Numbered from the stretch's first letter, positions 9,082-19,621 are shown. The stretch: 64,000 nt of DNA from Polyangiales bacterium (GCA_045106895.1 JBGCFM010000010.1:18115-82114), one strand, 5' to 3'. Made by a program: numbers and translations. Notes: generated from the sequence alone by a model not told the origin.

Positions 9082-10121
9082 CGTCCGGTGGAGAGTACTT
9101 CCATGCTGTCGACGGCGGCAAAAATAGGCATGTCGGCACCACCGACGGCGTAGAGCACCACGTCGAGAGCTGCCATCCCATGACCGTGGCGCGGCGAGCG
9201 CATCTGCGGGCCTTCGGTCCACCCGCCTTCGAGGTCATAGATGTCCACGCTGCGGAGCGCGCCCTCTCGTTGCTCGCCCCCGCTCACGTAGGCGCGACCA
9301 TCGAGCGCCACGGCTGCGTGTCCACCGCGTGGCCGAGGCATCGCGGGTCCGCTTCGCCACTCGTCGCGGGCGAGGTTGTAGATCTCAACGACGCTCAGCG
9401 TCGGCTCTAGCTGAAGCCGGCGGCCGCCCACGACCCAGAGCTCGCCGTTCAGGACAAAGCCCGCGGCGTGGTCGCGCGCGGTGGGTATCTGCGCGGCTTG
9501 GCGCCACGTGTCGCTCGCAGGCTCGTAGATGTAGACGGCCCGAGCGTCTTCGAGCTCCTCGGCGGAGTTGCGTCCATCCCCTTGGCCCCCGACAAAAACG
9601 AGCACGCCGTCCATGTTCGCGGCGACGCCGGCGGCGCGCGCCGATGGCATGGGCGAGATCTCCGTCCATTCGCTGGCGCCATCTCGAAGCACGTAGCTGC
9701 GCGAGAGCGGAGTGAAGCGTGCGTCACGCATGCCTCCGAAAACATAGATGTCTTCACCCGAGACGACTACGCCCGCGTGATGCCGTGCGTCCGGGAGGGC
9801 AGGGAGAGCGCGAAAGCCATCGCCCGGGCGAAAGAAGTGCACCGAGGTCTCGATATTCCCATCCCCGTCGAACCCGCCGAGGACGATGAAGCCATCGCGA
9901 AAGGCCGTGACGGAAATCTCCTGGAGCGCTTCGGGCAGAGACTCGCTGGGACACCAGCCCGGGCATTCTTGGCCAGCGTCTAGGTTGGCCGAGTCCCTTG
10001 AGGAGTCCAGCGTCGCCGTGTCGCGTATCGCCGCGTCGCGCGTCGCCGCGTCGCCGGCGTCGGGATTGGAGACCGATGAGCAGGCCAACGAGCACGTCAT
10101 CCACGCGCAGAGCAAGCGCAT
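9078..10121 (-). CDS. Kelch-repeat beta-propeller lipoprotein
   Basis: About six repeats with GG doublets and Y/W (IYVFGG, LWVVGG, AYVSGG, LYAVGG) and lipobox CSLAC. Start overlaps the upstream stop (TGATG). Confidence 0.9.
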   Translation of the reverse strand: MRLLCAWMTCSLACSSVSNPDAGDAATRDAAIRDTATLDSSRDSANLDAGQECPGWCPSESLPEALQEISVTAFRDGFIVLGGFDGDGNIETSVHFFRPGDGFRALPALPDARHHAGVVVSGEDIYVFGGMRDARFTPLSRSYVLRDGASEWTEISPMPSARAAGVAANMDGVLVFVGGQGDGRNSAEELEDARAVYIYEPASDTWRQAAQIPTARDHAAGFVLNGELWVVGGRRLQLEPTLSVVEIYNLARDEWRSGPAMPRPRGGHAAVALDGRAYVSGGEQREGALRSVDIYDLEGGWTEGPQMRSPRHGHGMAALDVVLYAVGGADMPIFAAVDSMEVLSTGR

Positions 10122-10582
10122 CAGTTTTGTTTGCGGCTCGTCTTGCGACGGCGGCGTCCGCCCCAAAGCGAGTCCCAGCCTTTTCGGTAGCTGGAGTTGC
10201 TCACGCGACTCGGCCCGGCGCTTCGCTCGGGCTGAAGCGCGAGCTCGGTCTCGACGTCAAAGAGAGCAGGGTGCTCGTCGCGAGGTTTGAGCTTAACCAC
10301 GTCGCCAAGGATGGGCTTTCCTTCTTCCAGCGGCCGTACCACTCCGATGGATAGTTCATCGCCCCGTTTGCGAACGACGTTCATGCCTTCGCCATCCGCC
10401 GTCGGCGAGTGCACAACGACGACATCGTCGATTCCCTTGGCCGTGTCCGAGCTGAGCTGAGCGCCCTCGGCCTTTTGCTGTGGTGGGGCGAGGGGCGCCC
10501 GTTCGACGGCGCTGGAGCCCGCAGAGCGCGTCGAGGACGAACCGGGACTTCTGCTTCTTCGGGGCTTTCGTGAGCTGCTCAC
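10121..10582 (-). CDS. Conserved hypothetical protein
   Basis: Ordered core DVVVVHSPTADGEG..GVVRPLEEGKPI..YRKGWDSLWG, coupled to the Kelch gene. GTG start inferred from TAGCTT 5 nt upstream. Confidence 0.6.
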   Translation of the reverse strand: MSSSRKPRRSRSPGSSSTRSAGSSAVERAPLAPPQQKAEGAQLSSDTAKGIDDVVVVHSPTADGEGMNVVRKRGDELSIGVVRPLEEGKPILGDVVKLKPRDEHPALFDVETELALQPERSAGPSRVSNSSYRKGWDSLWGGRRRRKTSRKQN

Positions 10583-10668
10583 GCCGAAAGCTAGCACAAG
10601 AGGCCGCTCCAGCACGGGGCTCGCGCTTGGTGACGCCGCTGCGGAGTCTTTTGCGCTATGGTCGCTCC

Positions 10669-11517
10669 GTGCTCCTCTCCGCCGTTCCCGTCGATCCAAC
10701 CGTAGAGGCTCGAGTCCGCGCGCTGGAGCTGCCTTTCAACGACTGGGGCATCGACCCCTACGGCATCGAACAAGCGGAACTCTCCCGCTTCTTTTCAGCG
10801 CTGAGTTTCTTTTACAACAAGTACTTCGACGTCACGGTTTGCGGAAAAGAGAACATCCCTGCGGCGGGTCCCGGCATGGTCGTCGGCAACCACTCCGGGG
10901 GCATCGCCATCGACGCGGGCATGGTCATCGCGTCGTGCTTCTTCGAGCTCTCGCCGCCTCGCCTCGCTCAAGGCATGGTCGATAAGTTCCTCGGCCGGAT
11001 GCCCGGCGCCGCTCAAGTCGCGCCACGCGTCGGCCAGTTCCCAGGCATCCCGGAGCACGCCGAGCGTTTCTTGCAAGACGACCGTCTGCTCATGGTCTTT
11101 CCAGAGGGTCACCGCGGTACGGCGAAGCTCGCCAAAGACGCTCATTCGCTCGTTCGTTTCGGCACGGGCTTCGTCCGACTCGCGCTCAAGACAAAGGTGC
11201 CGATCATTCCCGTGGCGTTTCTCGGCGCGGGTGATGCGATGCCGACCATCGCGAACTTATCGGGCCTCGGGAAGCTCCTCGGCGTGCCCTACATTCCGCT
11301 CACCAAGTACCTCGTTCCTCTGCCACGTCCCGCCCGTTTCCATCTCATCTACGGCGAGCCCATCGTGTTCAACGGGAACGGCAACGAAGACGACGCGACC
11401 ATCGCTCGCTACGTCGAGAAGGTCCGCAGCCGAATCGCGCATCTCATCTCAGAGGGGGAGCGCTTGCGTGCGGGCGAAATCAGTGAAGAGCAGCTCAAGC
11501 TCGGAGGAGAAGCATGA
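10669..11517 (+). CDS. Lysophospholipid acyltransferase (PlsC-like)
   Basis: [10 protein letters not shown] (extended NHxxxxD), [21 protein letters not shown]. Confidence 0.9.
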   Translation: MLLSAVPVDPTVEARVRALELPFNDWGIDPYGIEQAELSRFFSALSFFYNKYFDVTVCGKENIPAAGPGMVVGNHSGGIAIDAGMVIASCFFELSPPRLAQGMVDKFLGRMPGAAQVAPRVGQFPGIPEHAERFLQDDRLLMVFPEGHRGTAKLAKDAHSLVRFGTGFVRLALKTKVPIIPVAFLGAGDAMPTIANLSGLGKLLGVPYIPLTKYLVPLPRPARFHLIYGEPIVFNGNGNEDDATIARYVEKVRSRIAHLISEGERLRAGEISEEQLKLGGEA

Positions 11518-12434
11518 AGGTCCTTGTTACAGGTATCGCAGGAAAGCTCGGTCGCCTCGTCGGGCGGCACCTTGCAGGTCTTGGTCACGAGGTCCTTGGC
11601 GTGGATCGCCGCGCCTGGCCCGAAGCGCCGGAAGGCATTCGTATGTTCCAAGCGGACATTCGAAAACGCCCCGCCGAAGATGTCTTTCGCACAGAGCGTC
11701 CTGAAGTCGTCCTTCACATGGCAACGGTGACGCACCTGATTCAGCGCAGCGCCGACCGATTCCGCATCAACCTGCAGGGGACCCGCGCCGTCGTCGACTA
11801 CTGCGATCGTTATGGCGTTCGCCAGCTCGTCTTCGCAGGTCGCCATACGTATTACGGCGCTCAGCCGGACTCGCCGCTCTACCACACGGAAGAAGAGCCG
11901 CCGATGGGCATGCATTCCTTCCCGGAGCTTGCCGACCTCGTCGCCGCAGACCTTTTTGCCGGCTCCGCGCTCTGGCGTTTGCCTAAGCTCGAGACCGCCG
12001 TCCTTCGCATCGTCTACACCTTGGGCAGTGAAGCCCACGGCACCCTTGCGGCGTTCTTGCGCGGCCCGCGCGTTCCGACGGTCCTCGGTTTCGATCCGCT
12101 CTTTCAGTTCATGCACGAGAAAGACGTCGCCCACGCCATCAGTCACGCCATCGAGGCGCGACTTCGCGGCGTGTTCAACGTCGCCGGTCCACAGCCCGTT
12201 CCATTGAGCGTGCTTATTCGCGAGGCAGGGCGCTCCACGTTCCCAGTGCCAGAAGGCTTGATGAACTTGACGATGGGACGCTTCGGTCTGCCTAAGCTCC
12301 CAAAGGGCGCCATCGACCATCTCAAGTACGCCATCGTCGTTGACGCGAGCGCGTTCCAGACAGCGACGGGCTTCGTCCATCAGTTCAGCGAAGAGCGGAC
12401 TCTCGCTGACTACGCCGCGGCGGTCCCTCGTTGA
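11514..12434 (+). CDS. NAD-dependent epimerase/dehydratase (extended SDR)
   Basis: [34 protein letters not shown]. Confidence 0.9.
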   Translation: MKVLVTGIAGKLGRLVGRHLAGLGHEVLGVDRRAWPEAPEGIRMFQADIRKRPAEDVFRTERPEVVLHMATVTHLIQRSADRFRINLQGTRAVVDYCDRYGVRQLVFAGRHTYYGAQPDSPLYHTEEEPPMGMHSFPELADLVAADLFAGSALWRLPKLETAVLRIVYTLGSEAHGTLAAFLRGPRVPTVLGFDPLFQFMHEKDVAHAISHAIEARLRGVFNVAGPQPVPLSVLIREAGRSTFPVPEGLMNLTMGRFGLPKLPKGAIDHLKYAIVVDASAFQTATGFVHQFSEERTLADYAAAVPR

Positions 12435-13111
12435 TCTTGCGCTTTCACGCCGCCGCCCGCGAGCTCGCGGGCACCTCTGAAGCGAAGCTTGAGGTTGGCG
12501 CACAATCGCTAGACGAGCCCGCGCTGCGCCAGCGTATCGCCGAAGCCTACCCAGCCCTCGCACCTTATCTGCCGCGCATGCGCTTCGCCTGCAACGATGC
12601 CTTCTCTCAGGCCGACCAGGTCTACACGAGCGGAGACTCCGTCGACATCATGCCTCCCGTCGCCGGCGGGGCGCCGTCAAGTTCGCCCGCGAGCTGCGTG
12701 GTCCACTGCGAGATCCGCGATGGAGCGCTGAGTTCCGATGAGATGATCGCCGCCGTCGCCCATGATGCCGCTGGCGCGACGGCTTCGTTCCTCGGGGTGG
12801 TGCGCAACCACCACAAAGGCCAAGCCATCGAGCGTCTCGAGTACGAGGCGCATCCCACCCTCGCCGCCGTTGAGATGCGACGCGTCCTTGAAGTTCTCGC
12901 GTCGGAGTTCGAAGGCGTTCGCATCGCAGCCGTTCACCGCGTCGGGAGCCTCGGCGTCGGAGACGTCGCTGTTGTGGTCGCCGTTAGCTCTGCCCACCGG
13001 GGCGAAGCCTTCGACGTGTGCCGGGCCGCCATCGACGGAATCAAGGAGACGGTGCCGATCTGGAAGAAAGAGTGGGGCGTCGACAAGACCTCCACCTGGG
13101 TCAACCTCTAG
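12431..13111 (+). CDS. moaE: Molybdopterin synthase MoaD-MoaE fusion
   Basis: N-terminal ubiquitin-like domain ending DIMPPVAGG, followed by MoaE motifs [31 protein letters not shown]. Confidence 0.9.
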   Translation: MILRFHAAARELAGTSEAKLEVGAQSLDEPALRQRIAEAYPALAPYLPRMRFACNDAFSQADQVYTSGDSVDIMPPVAGGAPSSSPASCVVHCEIRDGALSSDEMIAAVAHDAAGATASFLGVVRNHHKGQAIERLEYEAHPTLAAVEMRRVLEVLASEFEGVRIAAVHRVGSLGVGDVAVVVAVSSAHRGEAFDVCRAAIDGIKETVPIWKKEWGVDKTSTWVNL

Positions 13112-13518
13112 TCGTTGAGCGAATGTGTCTCGACGTCTGCGCCGATGGGCGCCTCGAGGAGCGTCTCTTCGTCTCGGACAACCACCACCGCGTCACCCAC
13201 GCGCCGCGCGGAGTAGAGCGTCTCTTCGCCCTCCCACCAGCAGCGAACGGCGGCGAGGAGTCCACGAGGCGGCTCAGCCTCCGGCGTGCAGATGCCAATG
13301 ATCTCGCCGACGGACGCGATCTCTCGCTGCGCGTGATCGTGGACGAGGACCAAGTCCAAGGAGGAGCGCGGCGGCGGAGTCTCGCCGCTTAGGTCGTTGA
13401 GTCGCAATGAGACCACGGTGCGCGGTGGTGGCGCGTCCTCGTCACGGGGGGACTCGACGGCCGGCGTCTGGCCGGCGCAGGCAACGAGTAGCGTCACAGA
13501 CAGGGCCCTCCGAATCAT
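13108..13518 (-). CDS. Hypothetical lipoprotein
   Basis: MIRRALSVTLLVAC lipobox. Coupled to the upstream regulator (ATGA). Confidence 0.6.
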   Translation of the reverse strand: MIRRALSVTLLVACAGQTPAVESPRDEDAPPPRTVVSLRLNDLSGETPPPRSSLDLVLVHDHAQREIASVGEIIGICTPEAEPPRGLLAAVRCWWEGEETLYSARRVGDAVVVVRDEETLLEAPIGADVETHSLND

Positions 13519-14849
13519 CCCTCACCCCAGCCGAAGGCCTTGAGCTTCCGCTGAAGTGTTCGCCGATCGATGCCGAGCTGAACGGCGGCTTGGGTGATGT
13601 TGCCGTCCAGCGAAGCGAGGACGCGTTCGATGTGGGCGCGCTCGACATCCGCGAGACTCTGGTCGCTTGGTGGCGCAGGAGGCGCGGCCTCACGCGCTTC
13701 GCGGTGTCCAAAGACGCTCGCCGCGATCATCCGCCGAATCATCGACGCCTCCATCTCTTTTCCTTCGGCAAAAAGTGCCGCGCGCCGCAAGACATTGAGG
13801 AGCTCCCGAACGTTGCCCGGCCAGTCATATTCCTGAAGAGCGTCTCGCGCCGAATCGCTGAGGGAGATGTCGAGGCTAATGCGCGTGAGGAGGTTTTCTG
13901 CCAGCGGGACGATGTCCTCGCGTCTCTCTCGCAGCGGCTGAAGAACGAGCGGAAACACCTGGAGCCGAAAGTAGAGGTCTTCGCGAAAACGTCCGTCTTG
14001 AACGTCTTGCCAGAGGTCCCGGTTGGTCGCCGCGACGATACGCGCGTCGACATCGTGTTCCTTGGACTGCCCGACGCCGCGCACCTTCCGTGTCTCGAGC
14101 ACTCGAAGCAGTTTGGCCTGAAGATCGATGGGCAGCTCGCCGAGCTCATCCACGAAGAGCGTGCCGCCCTGCGCATCACGAAAGAGTCCAGGGCGATCGC
14201 TCGTCGCGCCGGTGAAGGACCCGCGCTTGTGACCGAAGAGTTCGCTCTCGAAGAGGTCGCGGGGGACGCACGCGGCGTTCAGCGCGACGAACGCCCCCGG
14301 ACGACCACTCGCACGGTGAAGATGTTGCGCAACGACCTCTTTGCCTGTTCCTGTTTCGCCGAAGAGCGTCACAGTCTCCGGCGTAGGGCCAACGGTCTCA
14401 ACGAAACGTCGAACGTCCGAGCTCGCCTTAGACGTTCCGATCAAGGGCGGAATAGAAGCACCCTGCGCTTCGCCACGATGATGCTGCGTGTGTGCCACGG
14501 CGCTCTTCAAAATCGGCGCGAGCTCCTCGGCGTCGACGGGCTTCTCAAGAAAACTAAAAGCCCCGAGACGCATCGCCTCCACGGCTGCCTGGACGCTGCC
14601 ATGACCGGTGAGGACGACGGCGGCGACGGGGCTGTTGCCGCGGCGCTTCAGCACGCCGAGCCCGCTCATGCCCTTCATCCGAAGGTCCAGCAGCATCGCG
14701 GAATAAGACTCGCCGGACGAGAGCTTGGTCAGCGCCTCTTCGCCGCTCGCCGCGTCGGCGACCTCGTAGCCCATACGGCGAAGCGCCTTCCCCATCGCGA
14801 AGCGAAAGCCGTCGTCGTCGTCTACTAAGAGAATGCGCCCTTCGCTCAT
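13515..14849 (-). CDS. Sigma54-dependent two-component response regulator (NtrC family)
   Basis: REC (LLVDDD, LLDLRM, KP), AAA+ ([33 protein letters not shown]) and Fis-type HTH. Confidence 0.95.
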   Translation of the reverse strand: MSEGRILLVDDDDGFRFAMGKALRRMGYEVADAASGEEALTKLSSGESYSAMLLDLRMKGMSGLGVLKRRGNSPVAAVVLTGHGSVQAAVEAMRLGAFSFLEKPVDAEELAPILKSAVAHTQHHRGEAQGASIPPLIGTSKASSDVRRFVETVGPTPETVTLFGETGTGKEVVAQHLHRASGRPGAFVALNAACVPRDLFESELFGHKRGSFTGATSDRPGLFRDAQGGTLFVDELGELPIDLQAKLLRVLETRKVRGVGQSKEHDVDARIVAATNRDLWQDVQDGRFREDLYFRLQVFPLVLQPLRERREDIVPLAENLLTRISLDISLSDSARDALQEYDWPGNVRELLNVLRRAALFAEGKEMEASMIRRMIAASVFGHREAREAAPPAPPSDQSLADVERAHIERVLASLDGNITQAAVQLGIDRRTLQRKLKAFGWGEG

Positions 14850-14858
14850 GGTACCTGG

Positions 14859-16490
14859 CTACCGCCTTAGTTGAACGCGAGCAAGCGCGCCCCCGTGCTC
14901 GCGGTTTTCAAGGGAGAGCGTCCCCCCCATCTGGTGCACGATCATGTACGACATGTAGAGGCCAAGACCCGTGCCCTCGCCGGGGGGCTTCGTCGTCGCG
15001 AAGGGCTCAAAGAGGCGCTCGACCATCGACTCGTCGAGGCCCTCGCCTTCATCCGTGACCTGGATCTCGACGCCTTCATCCGACCCCATCGCAGATACCC
15101 GAACGATTCCGCCGCTTTCTCTGGAGGCATCCAAAGCGTTCTGCAGGAGGTTCACAAGCACCTGGACAAGGCGGTCGCCATCCGCCACCGCGTGAATCTG
15201 CACGCTCTCATCGATCTCGACGCGCCCATCGGGCCCACGTCCCGCCGTCACGATGGCGCGCGCTCGTTCCGCCGCGGCGAGGAGAGGAATGCTGTCGTGC
15301 GTCTCCGCACGCACCAGGTCGCCACCAGCAAGCAGCGCTTGAGTGATCTTGCCAAGGCGCCGCGTCTCGTCGCGAATGAGCGCCGCCGACTCGTCAAGGT
15401 CCTGGGTCTCGCTCGCGTGCTCCGGCGTCGCCGTTCGAAGTTCTTCGATGACGTGGCGCATGTCCGTAGCCAGCGTACTGATGGTGGCGAGGGGCGTGTT
15501 CAGTTCGTGGGCGACGCCCTGAGCGACGCGTCCCAGACTGGCGAGCCGCTCGGCGAGGAGAAGCTGTGCTTCAGCGAAGGTCTCTTGTGTTCGGTCGAGA
15601 TAGAGATTCATGACGCGCGGCGCGTGGTCATCTTCGTCGATGGGGAATGTCAGCGCCTCGTAGACCCGCTCGTCATTGGACACTCGAACGGCAAAGCGAT
15701 GTGTTCCACTTGCGCGTGGGCTGAGGGATGAACTCTGCGATTCAGGGGTGTGATTCTCACGCTCGGCGATGAGCTCAGCGCGACGATTGCGCCACAGCAC
15801 CTGGCCGTCTCCGTCGACCACCTCGAGTCCTGCCTCGAGCTCGTCGAGGGTATTGCTCAGCAGTCGGTACTCGAGAGCTGCTGCGTCCCGTGCGGCTTCC
15901 AGCTCATGTTCGCGCTCGCGAATGTCGCGCATGGCGTGGCCCACGAGGTACGCGGCGCCGGCGAGGGTCAGGCCAAACGCGAGTAGACGAGAGATAACGC
16001 CAACGGGTTCGACGGGGTCCCACTGTCCAAGCTGAAGCGCCGGCATCCACTTCGTCAGCGCCAGCCACCCTGCGAAGAGCGCCGTGATGCCAACGGCGAT
16101 GACAACGCGCCGTCGGTCGCTGAGGATCGCGACGAGGACGACGTGAAAGAGGTAGAACGCGCTGAAGGGTGAATCGAGTCCGCCAGACGCCCAAAGAAAG
16201 AACGTCAAAAGGGTGATGTCGGCCAACGCCTGGATGAACGGCGCCGTCAGCCCGCGTACAGGTTTTCGTTTTCGGTGGTTATGCCAAAGAAACGCGTTGT
16301 AGCAGAGCCCGCTCAGGCTCGTGGCGACGACCATCTCAGCGTTGACTCCGGGAACCACCTGAGTCGCGAGAAACGCCGCGACAAGCGCCGCAACCATCGC
16401 CTGCCACCGAAGCGCGATGAGCCACGCGACGCGTTCACGGCGAAAATCGCGGGTCCTTTTTCCCAGGGTTAGCGTGCCTCTTGGCGTCAC
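14859..16490 (-). CDS. Membrane sensor histidine kinase
   Basis: About six N-terminal TM helices, H-box VAHELNTPL, N-box NLLQNA, DEGEG, FATTK, GTGLGL. Confidence 0.95.
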   Translation of the reverse strand: MTPRGTLTLGKRTRDFRRERVAWLIALRWQAMVAALVAAFLATQVVPGVNAEMVVATSLSGLCYNAFLWHNHRKRKPVRGLTAPFIQALADITLLTFFLWASGGLDSPFSAFYLFHVVLVAILSDRRRVVIAVGITALFAGWLALTKWMPALQLGQWDPVEPVGVISRLLAFGLTLAGAAYLVGHAMRDIREREHELEAARDAAALEYRLLSNTLDELEAGLEVVDGDGQVLWRNRRAELIAERENHTPESQSSSLSPRASGTHRFAVRVSNDERVYEALTFPIDEDDHAPRVMNLYLDRTQETFAEAQLLLAERLASLGRVAQGVAHELNTPLATISTLATDMRHVIEELRTATPEHASETQDLDESAALIRDETRRLGKITQALLAGGDLVRAETHDSIPLLAAAERARAIVTAGRGPDGRVEIDESVQIHAVADGDRLVQVLVNLLQNALDASRESGGIVRVSAMGSDEGVEIQVTDEGEGLDESMVERLFEPFATTKPPGEGTGLGLYMSYMIVHQMGGTLSLENREHGGALARVQLRR

Positions 16491-16574
16491 TCGGGCAGTC
16501 TGGGGTCCATTCTCGCTCAGGTCGAGTGTCTGCGCGTAACTCGCCTCGATACGCCGGCCGGCTATAGTAGCGCC

Positions 16575-16892
16575 ATGCGAGTCTTTCTTAGCGTTTGGAT
16601 ACTATTGGTCGCAGCGTGCCCGAGTGGCGAGACCCTCAGCGACGAGGCCCTCAATTCGCGTGTTGAGGAGCTCAGCGAGAGCCTGTCGGAGTGCGCGGGG
16701 AGCGATGTCGCTCAGCTCGAGGTGGAAGTGCATATCGCGGCAAACGGCGAGGTCGAAGAAGCTCGAGCCACGGGCTCGGCGCGCGCCGCCGCTTGCGTCG
16801 AGCGGATCATTCAGACTTGGACCTTTCCTTCAGCCGAGTCCGGCGTTGAAGCGCTCCTGCCCCTCACGATTACGCCTCCCGAAGAGGACTAG
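16575..16892 (+). CDS. Small lipoprotein with AgmX/TonB-C-like domain
   Basis: Lipobox LVAAC; LSEC..VHIAANGEV..AACVERIIQTWTFP pattern. Confidence 0.6.
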   Translation: MRVFLSVWILLVAACPSGETLSDEALNSRVEELSESLSECAGSDVAQLEVEVHIAANGEVEEARATGSARAAACVERIIQTWTFPSAESGVEALLPLTITPPEED

Positions 16893-16909
16893 TCAGCAGT
16901 CGGCAGGAT

Positions 16910-17470
16910 CTAGGCGCTGCGCTGCGCTGGGTCGGGCGGCGCCGAGTCCTGGGCGAGTCGCCAAAGCAAATACAAGAGCACTGCGGCGTGAAGCACGTCA
17001 CCAAAGAGCAAGCTGTTGGCGATGGCGCTCGGGCCCTGCGTCCATTCTTCGCTCGTCTCTATCGAACGTATGACTTCACGGATCTGCGGCGCCGAATCTC
17101 GTATGTGGAAGTAATTGCTCGCTGCGTGCAGTCCCGTCCACACGAGGTTCGCAGCGATGGAGTTCCGAACCCACCAGACCGCGCTCTTGCGACCTCGGAG
17201 CAGCAACCCGCAGCCGATCATCAACATCAGCGAAACAACGAAGCCGCCGATGGCCAAGCCTCGACGGTGGGGGTTGTTCCACGCGATGTGTTTGATGGCT
17301 TGTTGGCCCTCCGCCACCTCCGAGGACAGAGAGCTGTCGGCGGCGACGTAGGGAAGGTCGTTGTACTGACCGACGGCGTTGCAAGCTCCGCACGAACCAA
17401 GGGACCCCGCGAAGATCGCCAAGAAAAGCAGTGAACGCTGCGCGTGTCCTTCTGGCCGCTCGGCTGTCAT
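16910..17470 (-). CDS. Hypothetical membrane protein
   Basis: About four hydrophobic segments. Start moved to MTAERPEG to remove the overlap with the SDR gene. Confidence 0.55.
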   Translation of the reverse strand: MTAERPEGHAQRSLLFLAIFAGSLGSCGACNAVGQYNDLPYVAADSSLSSEVAEGQQAIKHIAWNNPHRRGLAIGGFVVSLMLMIGCGLLLRGRKSAVWWVRNSIAANLVWTGLHAASNYFHIRDSAPQIREVIRSIETSEEWTQGPSAIANSLLFGDVLHAAVLLYLLWRLAQDSAPPDPAQRSA

Positions 17471-17484
17471 GGAGGGAGTGTGCT

Positions 17485-18216
17485 CTAGAAACCCACGCGG
17501 CGCATCACGGCGCGTGGCAAGCGGCGGATCACCGCCATGATCGCTCCCCACGGAGCGGGGGCGTACACGACCGGTGTGCCGCGTTCGATCGCGCTTAGCA
17601 CTCGGCGTGCGACATCTTCGGGCTCGCCGGCGAAAGGAGGCGCGTCCAGGCCTTCCGTCATCTCCGTGCGGACGAAACCAGGTTTGACGGTGACGACTCG
17701 AAGCCCGGCGTGCCGGTACTTGTGGTCGAGGCCTTCGAGATAGCTGGACAGACCCGCCTTGCTCGCGCCGTAGATAATGACGGGCTTACGGCCACGTTCA
17801 CCGGCGACGCTGCTGAACACGCAGAGCGTTCCGTTTTCGCGAATATGGCCTCGCGCGGCCTCACAGAACACCACAGTGTTGGTGAAGTTGATGCGGGTGA
17901 GGCGCTCCGCGAGGGAGGCGTCCGCTTCGAGCTCCTCTTGCGTGGCAAAGAGTCCCGCCGTCACCACGACGGTATCGATGTGGGCGAGCTCCGCCTTCGC
18001 CGCGTCCATCGCCGAAGCGAAAGTGGAGGTATCCTCAAGGTCGCAGTGTGCGTGGGCCACGCCGCCGATGGCGCCACGGACTTCTAAGTCTTGTGCGCAG
18101 CGCTTCAGCTTCTCCGGCGAACGACCGAGAAGGAAGAGTCGGTCTCCGCGCGCCGCCATCTGCCGGGCTAACGCTTCGCCCATGCCGCTGGTCGAGCCTA
18201 GAATGACGACGTTCAT
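17485..18216 (-). CDS. Short-chain dehydrogenase/reductase (DprE2-like subgroup)
   Basis: GSTSGMG, SSVAGERGR, YGASK, KPGFVRT. Confidence 0.9.
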   Translation of the reverse strand: MNVVILGSTSGMGEALARQMAARGDRLFLLGRSPEKLKRCAQDLEVRGAIGGVAHAHCDLEDTSTFASAMDAAKAELAHIDTVVVTAGLFATQEELEADASLAERLTRINFTNTVVFCEAARGHIRENGTLCVFSSVAGERGRKPVIIYGASKAGLSSYLEGLDHKYRHAGLRVVTVKPGFVRTEMTEGLDAPPFAGEPEDVARRVLSAIERGTPVVYAPAPWGAIMAVIRRLPRAVMRRVGF

Positions 18217-18218
18217 GA

Positions 18219-18545
18219 CTACCGCACGAGGAGTTCGAAGAGCGCAAAGTTCTCGGCTTCGTCGGCGTCGATCTTTCCGTCGGACACGATCATCGCTCGC
18301 GCTGTCTCAAGAAAAAGCTCGCGGTGAGGCACAGGAATCTCTGCAGGATCGAGTTCATCGGCTGTTGGGGGAAGCTTCAGCCACTCGTCGACCTGGGCTT
18401 TCTCAGCGTCGTCGAGTTCGAGCTGTGTGACCAAACGACCAATAAATGCCCGTTCTTCGTCCTGAATCTCGAGGTCTGCCCATGCGAAGGAACACACAAA
18501 CTTCATGAGGCGGAGCCGGTCTTCCCGGTCGAGGGTCTGAATCAT
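18219..18545 (-). CDS. TerB family protein
   Basis: AWADLEIQDEE and MIVSDGKIDADE paired motifs. Confidence 0.85.
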   Translation of the reverse strand: MIQTLDREDRLRLMKFVCSFAWADLEIQDEERAFIGRLVTQLELDDAEKAQVDEWLKLPPTADELDPAEIPVPHRELFLETARAMIVSDGKIDADEAENFALFELLVR

Positions 18546-18590
18546 AAGCGGACGATATCTGAGTCCGCGACCCATAGCGAGTGTTGTCTT

Positions 18591-18632
18591 GAGCCCACAA
18601 AGCGTGGGGCACCACCTACGCTTTGGGTGCTC
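18591..18632. promoter_or_regulatory. Imperfect inverted repeat between divergent terB-like and DUF481 genes
   Basis: CAAAGCGTGGG...CCTACGCTTTG arms flanked by GAGC/GCTC. Followed by TAAGTGCCTGATA, which resembles an IHF site. Confidence 0.4.
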
Positions 18633-18764
18633 TAAGTGCCTGATATCTGTGAGAAATCACCTCGCGCGCTTTGCGCGTTGCTCGGTTCACAGCCACGTTA
18701 TGGTCCGAAATGTCGACCTATCCCATTTGTGTGATAGGAACCGGCGAATCTGGAGGAAAACACA

Positions 18765-19619
18765 ATGAGTCGCTCTCTACTACTTGGTTTGTTCGTCACC
18801 CTCGCGGTGCCTATGGCCGCATCAGCGCAAACCCCTGCTACGCCCACCGACGCCGCCCAATTCGAGCAGTCTGCTTCGACGGAAGCTCCCGAGGAAGACA
18901 AGACCGAGTGGAATATCGCCGCCGGCGGTATCTTCAACAGCGGTAATACGCGCTCCTGGAGCCTGACCGCGGGCACCCAGTTCAACCTCGTGCGCGGCCG
19001 CCACGGCTTCGCCTTCAAGTTCCTCTTGGCCTACGGCCGAGCAGCGCTTCGCGATGAGACCACAGGCGAGTTCGGTGACACCCTCGACGTCGCGCGAAAC
19101 ACCAACACCACGGCTCGCTACGACTTCTACATCACGCCGAACGATGCGCTCTTCATCGCAGCCGCTCATCGTTGGGACACCTTCGCCGGTCTCGACACTC
19201 GATTGCAGGCACAGGTTGGTTACCTTCGAAACTTCATCAACGAAGACAACCATCGTTTCTGGGGCGAGCTCGGTTACGACTTCACCTTCGACAACTTCGA
19301 CCCAGACCCACTCATCGATCCCATGACGATGCTGGAACTCGACGGCACCGACTCCGTCCACTCGGCGCGACTCTACGTTGGATACAAGAACCAGCTCAAC
19401 GAGCACGTTCTCTTCACCACCGGCCTGGAGGCGCTCCTTGACCTTCAGAACTTCACGGACAACACCCGCCTCAACTTCGACGCTGGCCTCGCCGTCACCG
19501 TCGTCGACAGCCTTCAGCTCGGCATTGGCTTCAAGCTTCTGTACGACCAGGAGCCCGTTCAGGGACGCGAGACCGTCGACACCATCACCACTCTCAACCT
19601 TCTCTACTCACTGCTCTAA
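18765..19619 (+). CDS. DUF481 (YdiY-like) outer-membrane beta-barrel protein
   Basis: Signal peptide, NSGNT motif, D.FAGLD.R, alternating beta-strands; GGAGG RBS upstream. Confidence 0.85.
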   Translation: MSRSLLLGLFVTLAVPMAASAQTPATPTDAAQFEQSASTEAPEEDKTEWNIAAGGIFNSGNTRSWSLTAGTQFNLVRGRHGFAFKFLLAYGRAALRDETTGEFGDTLDVARNTNTTARYDFYITPNDALFIAAAHRWDTFAGLDTRLQAQVGYLRNFINEDNHRFWGELGYDFTFDNFDPDPLIDPMTMLELDGTDSVHSARLYVGYKNQLNEHVLFTTGLEALLDLQNFTDNTRLNFDAGLAVTVVDSLQLGIGFKLLYDQEPVQGRETVDTITTLNLLYSLL

Positions 19620-19621
19620 TC

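Noticed and set aside
10074..10121. The Kelch protein N-terminus MRLLCAWMTCSLAC resembles my recollection of the human METTL9 N-terminus
   Set aside because: It is a short hydrophobic signal-like sequence, so coincidence is the likely explanation. It is a normal lipoprotein signal.
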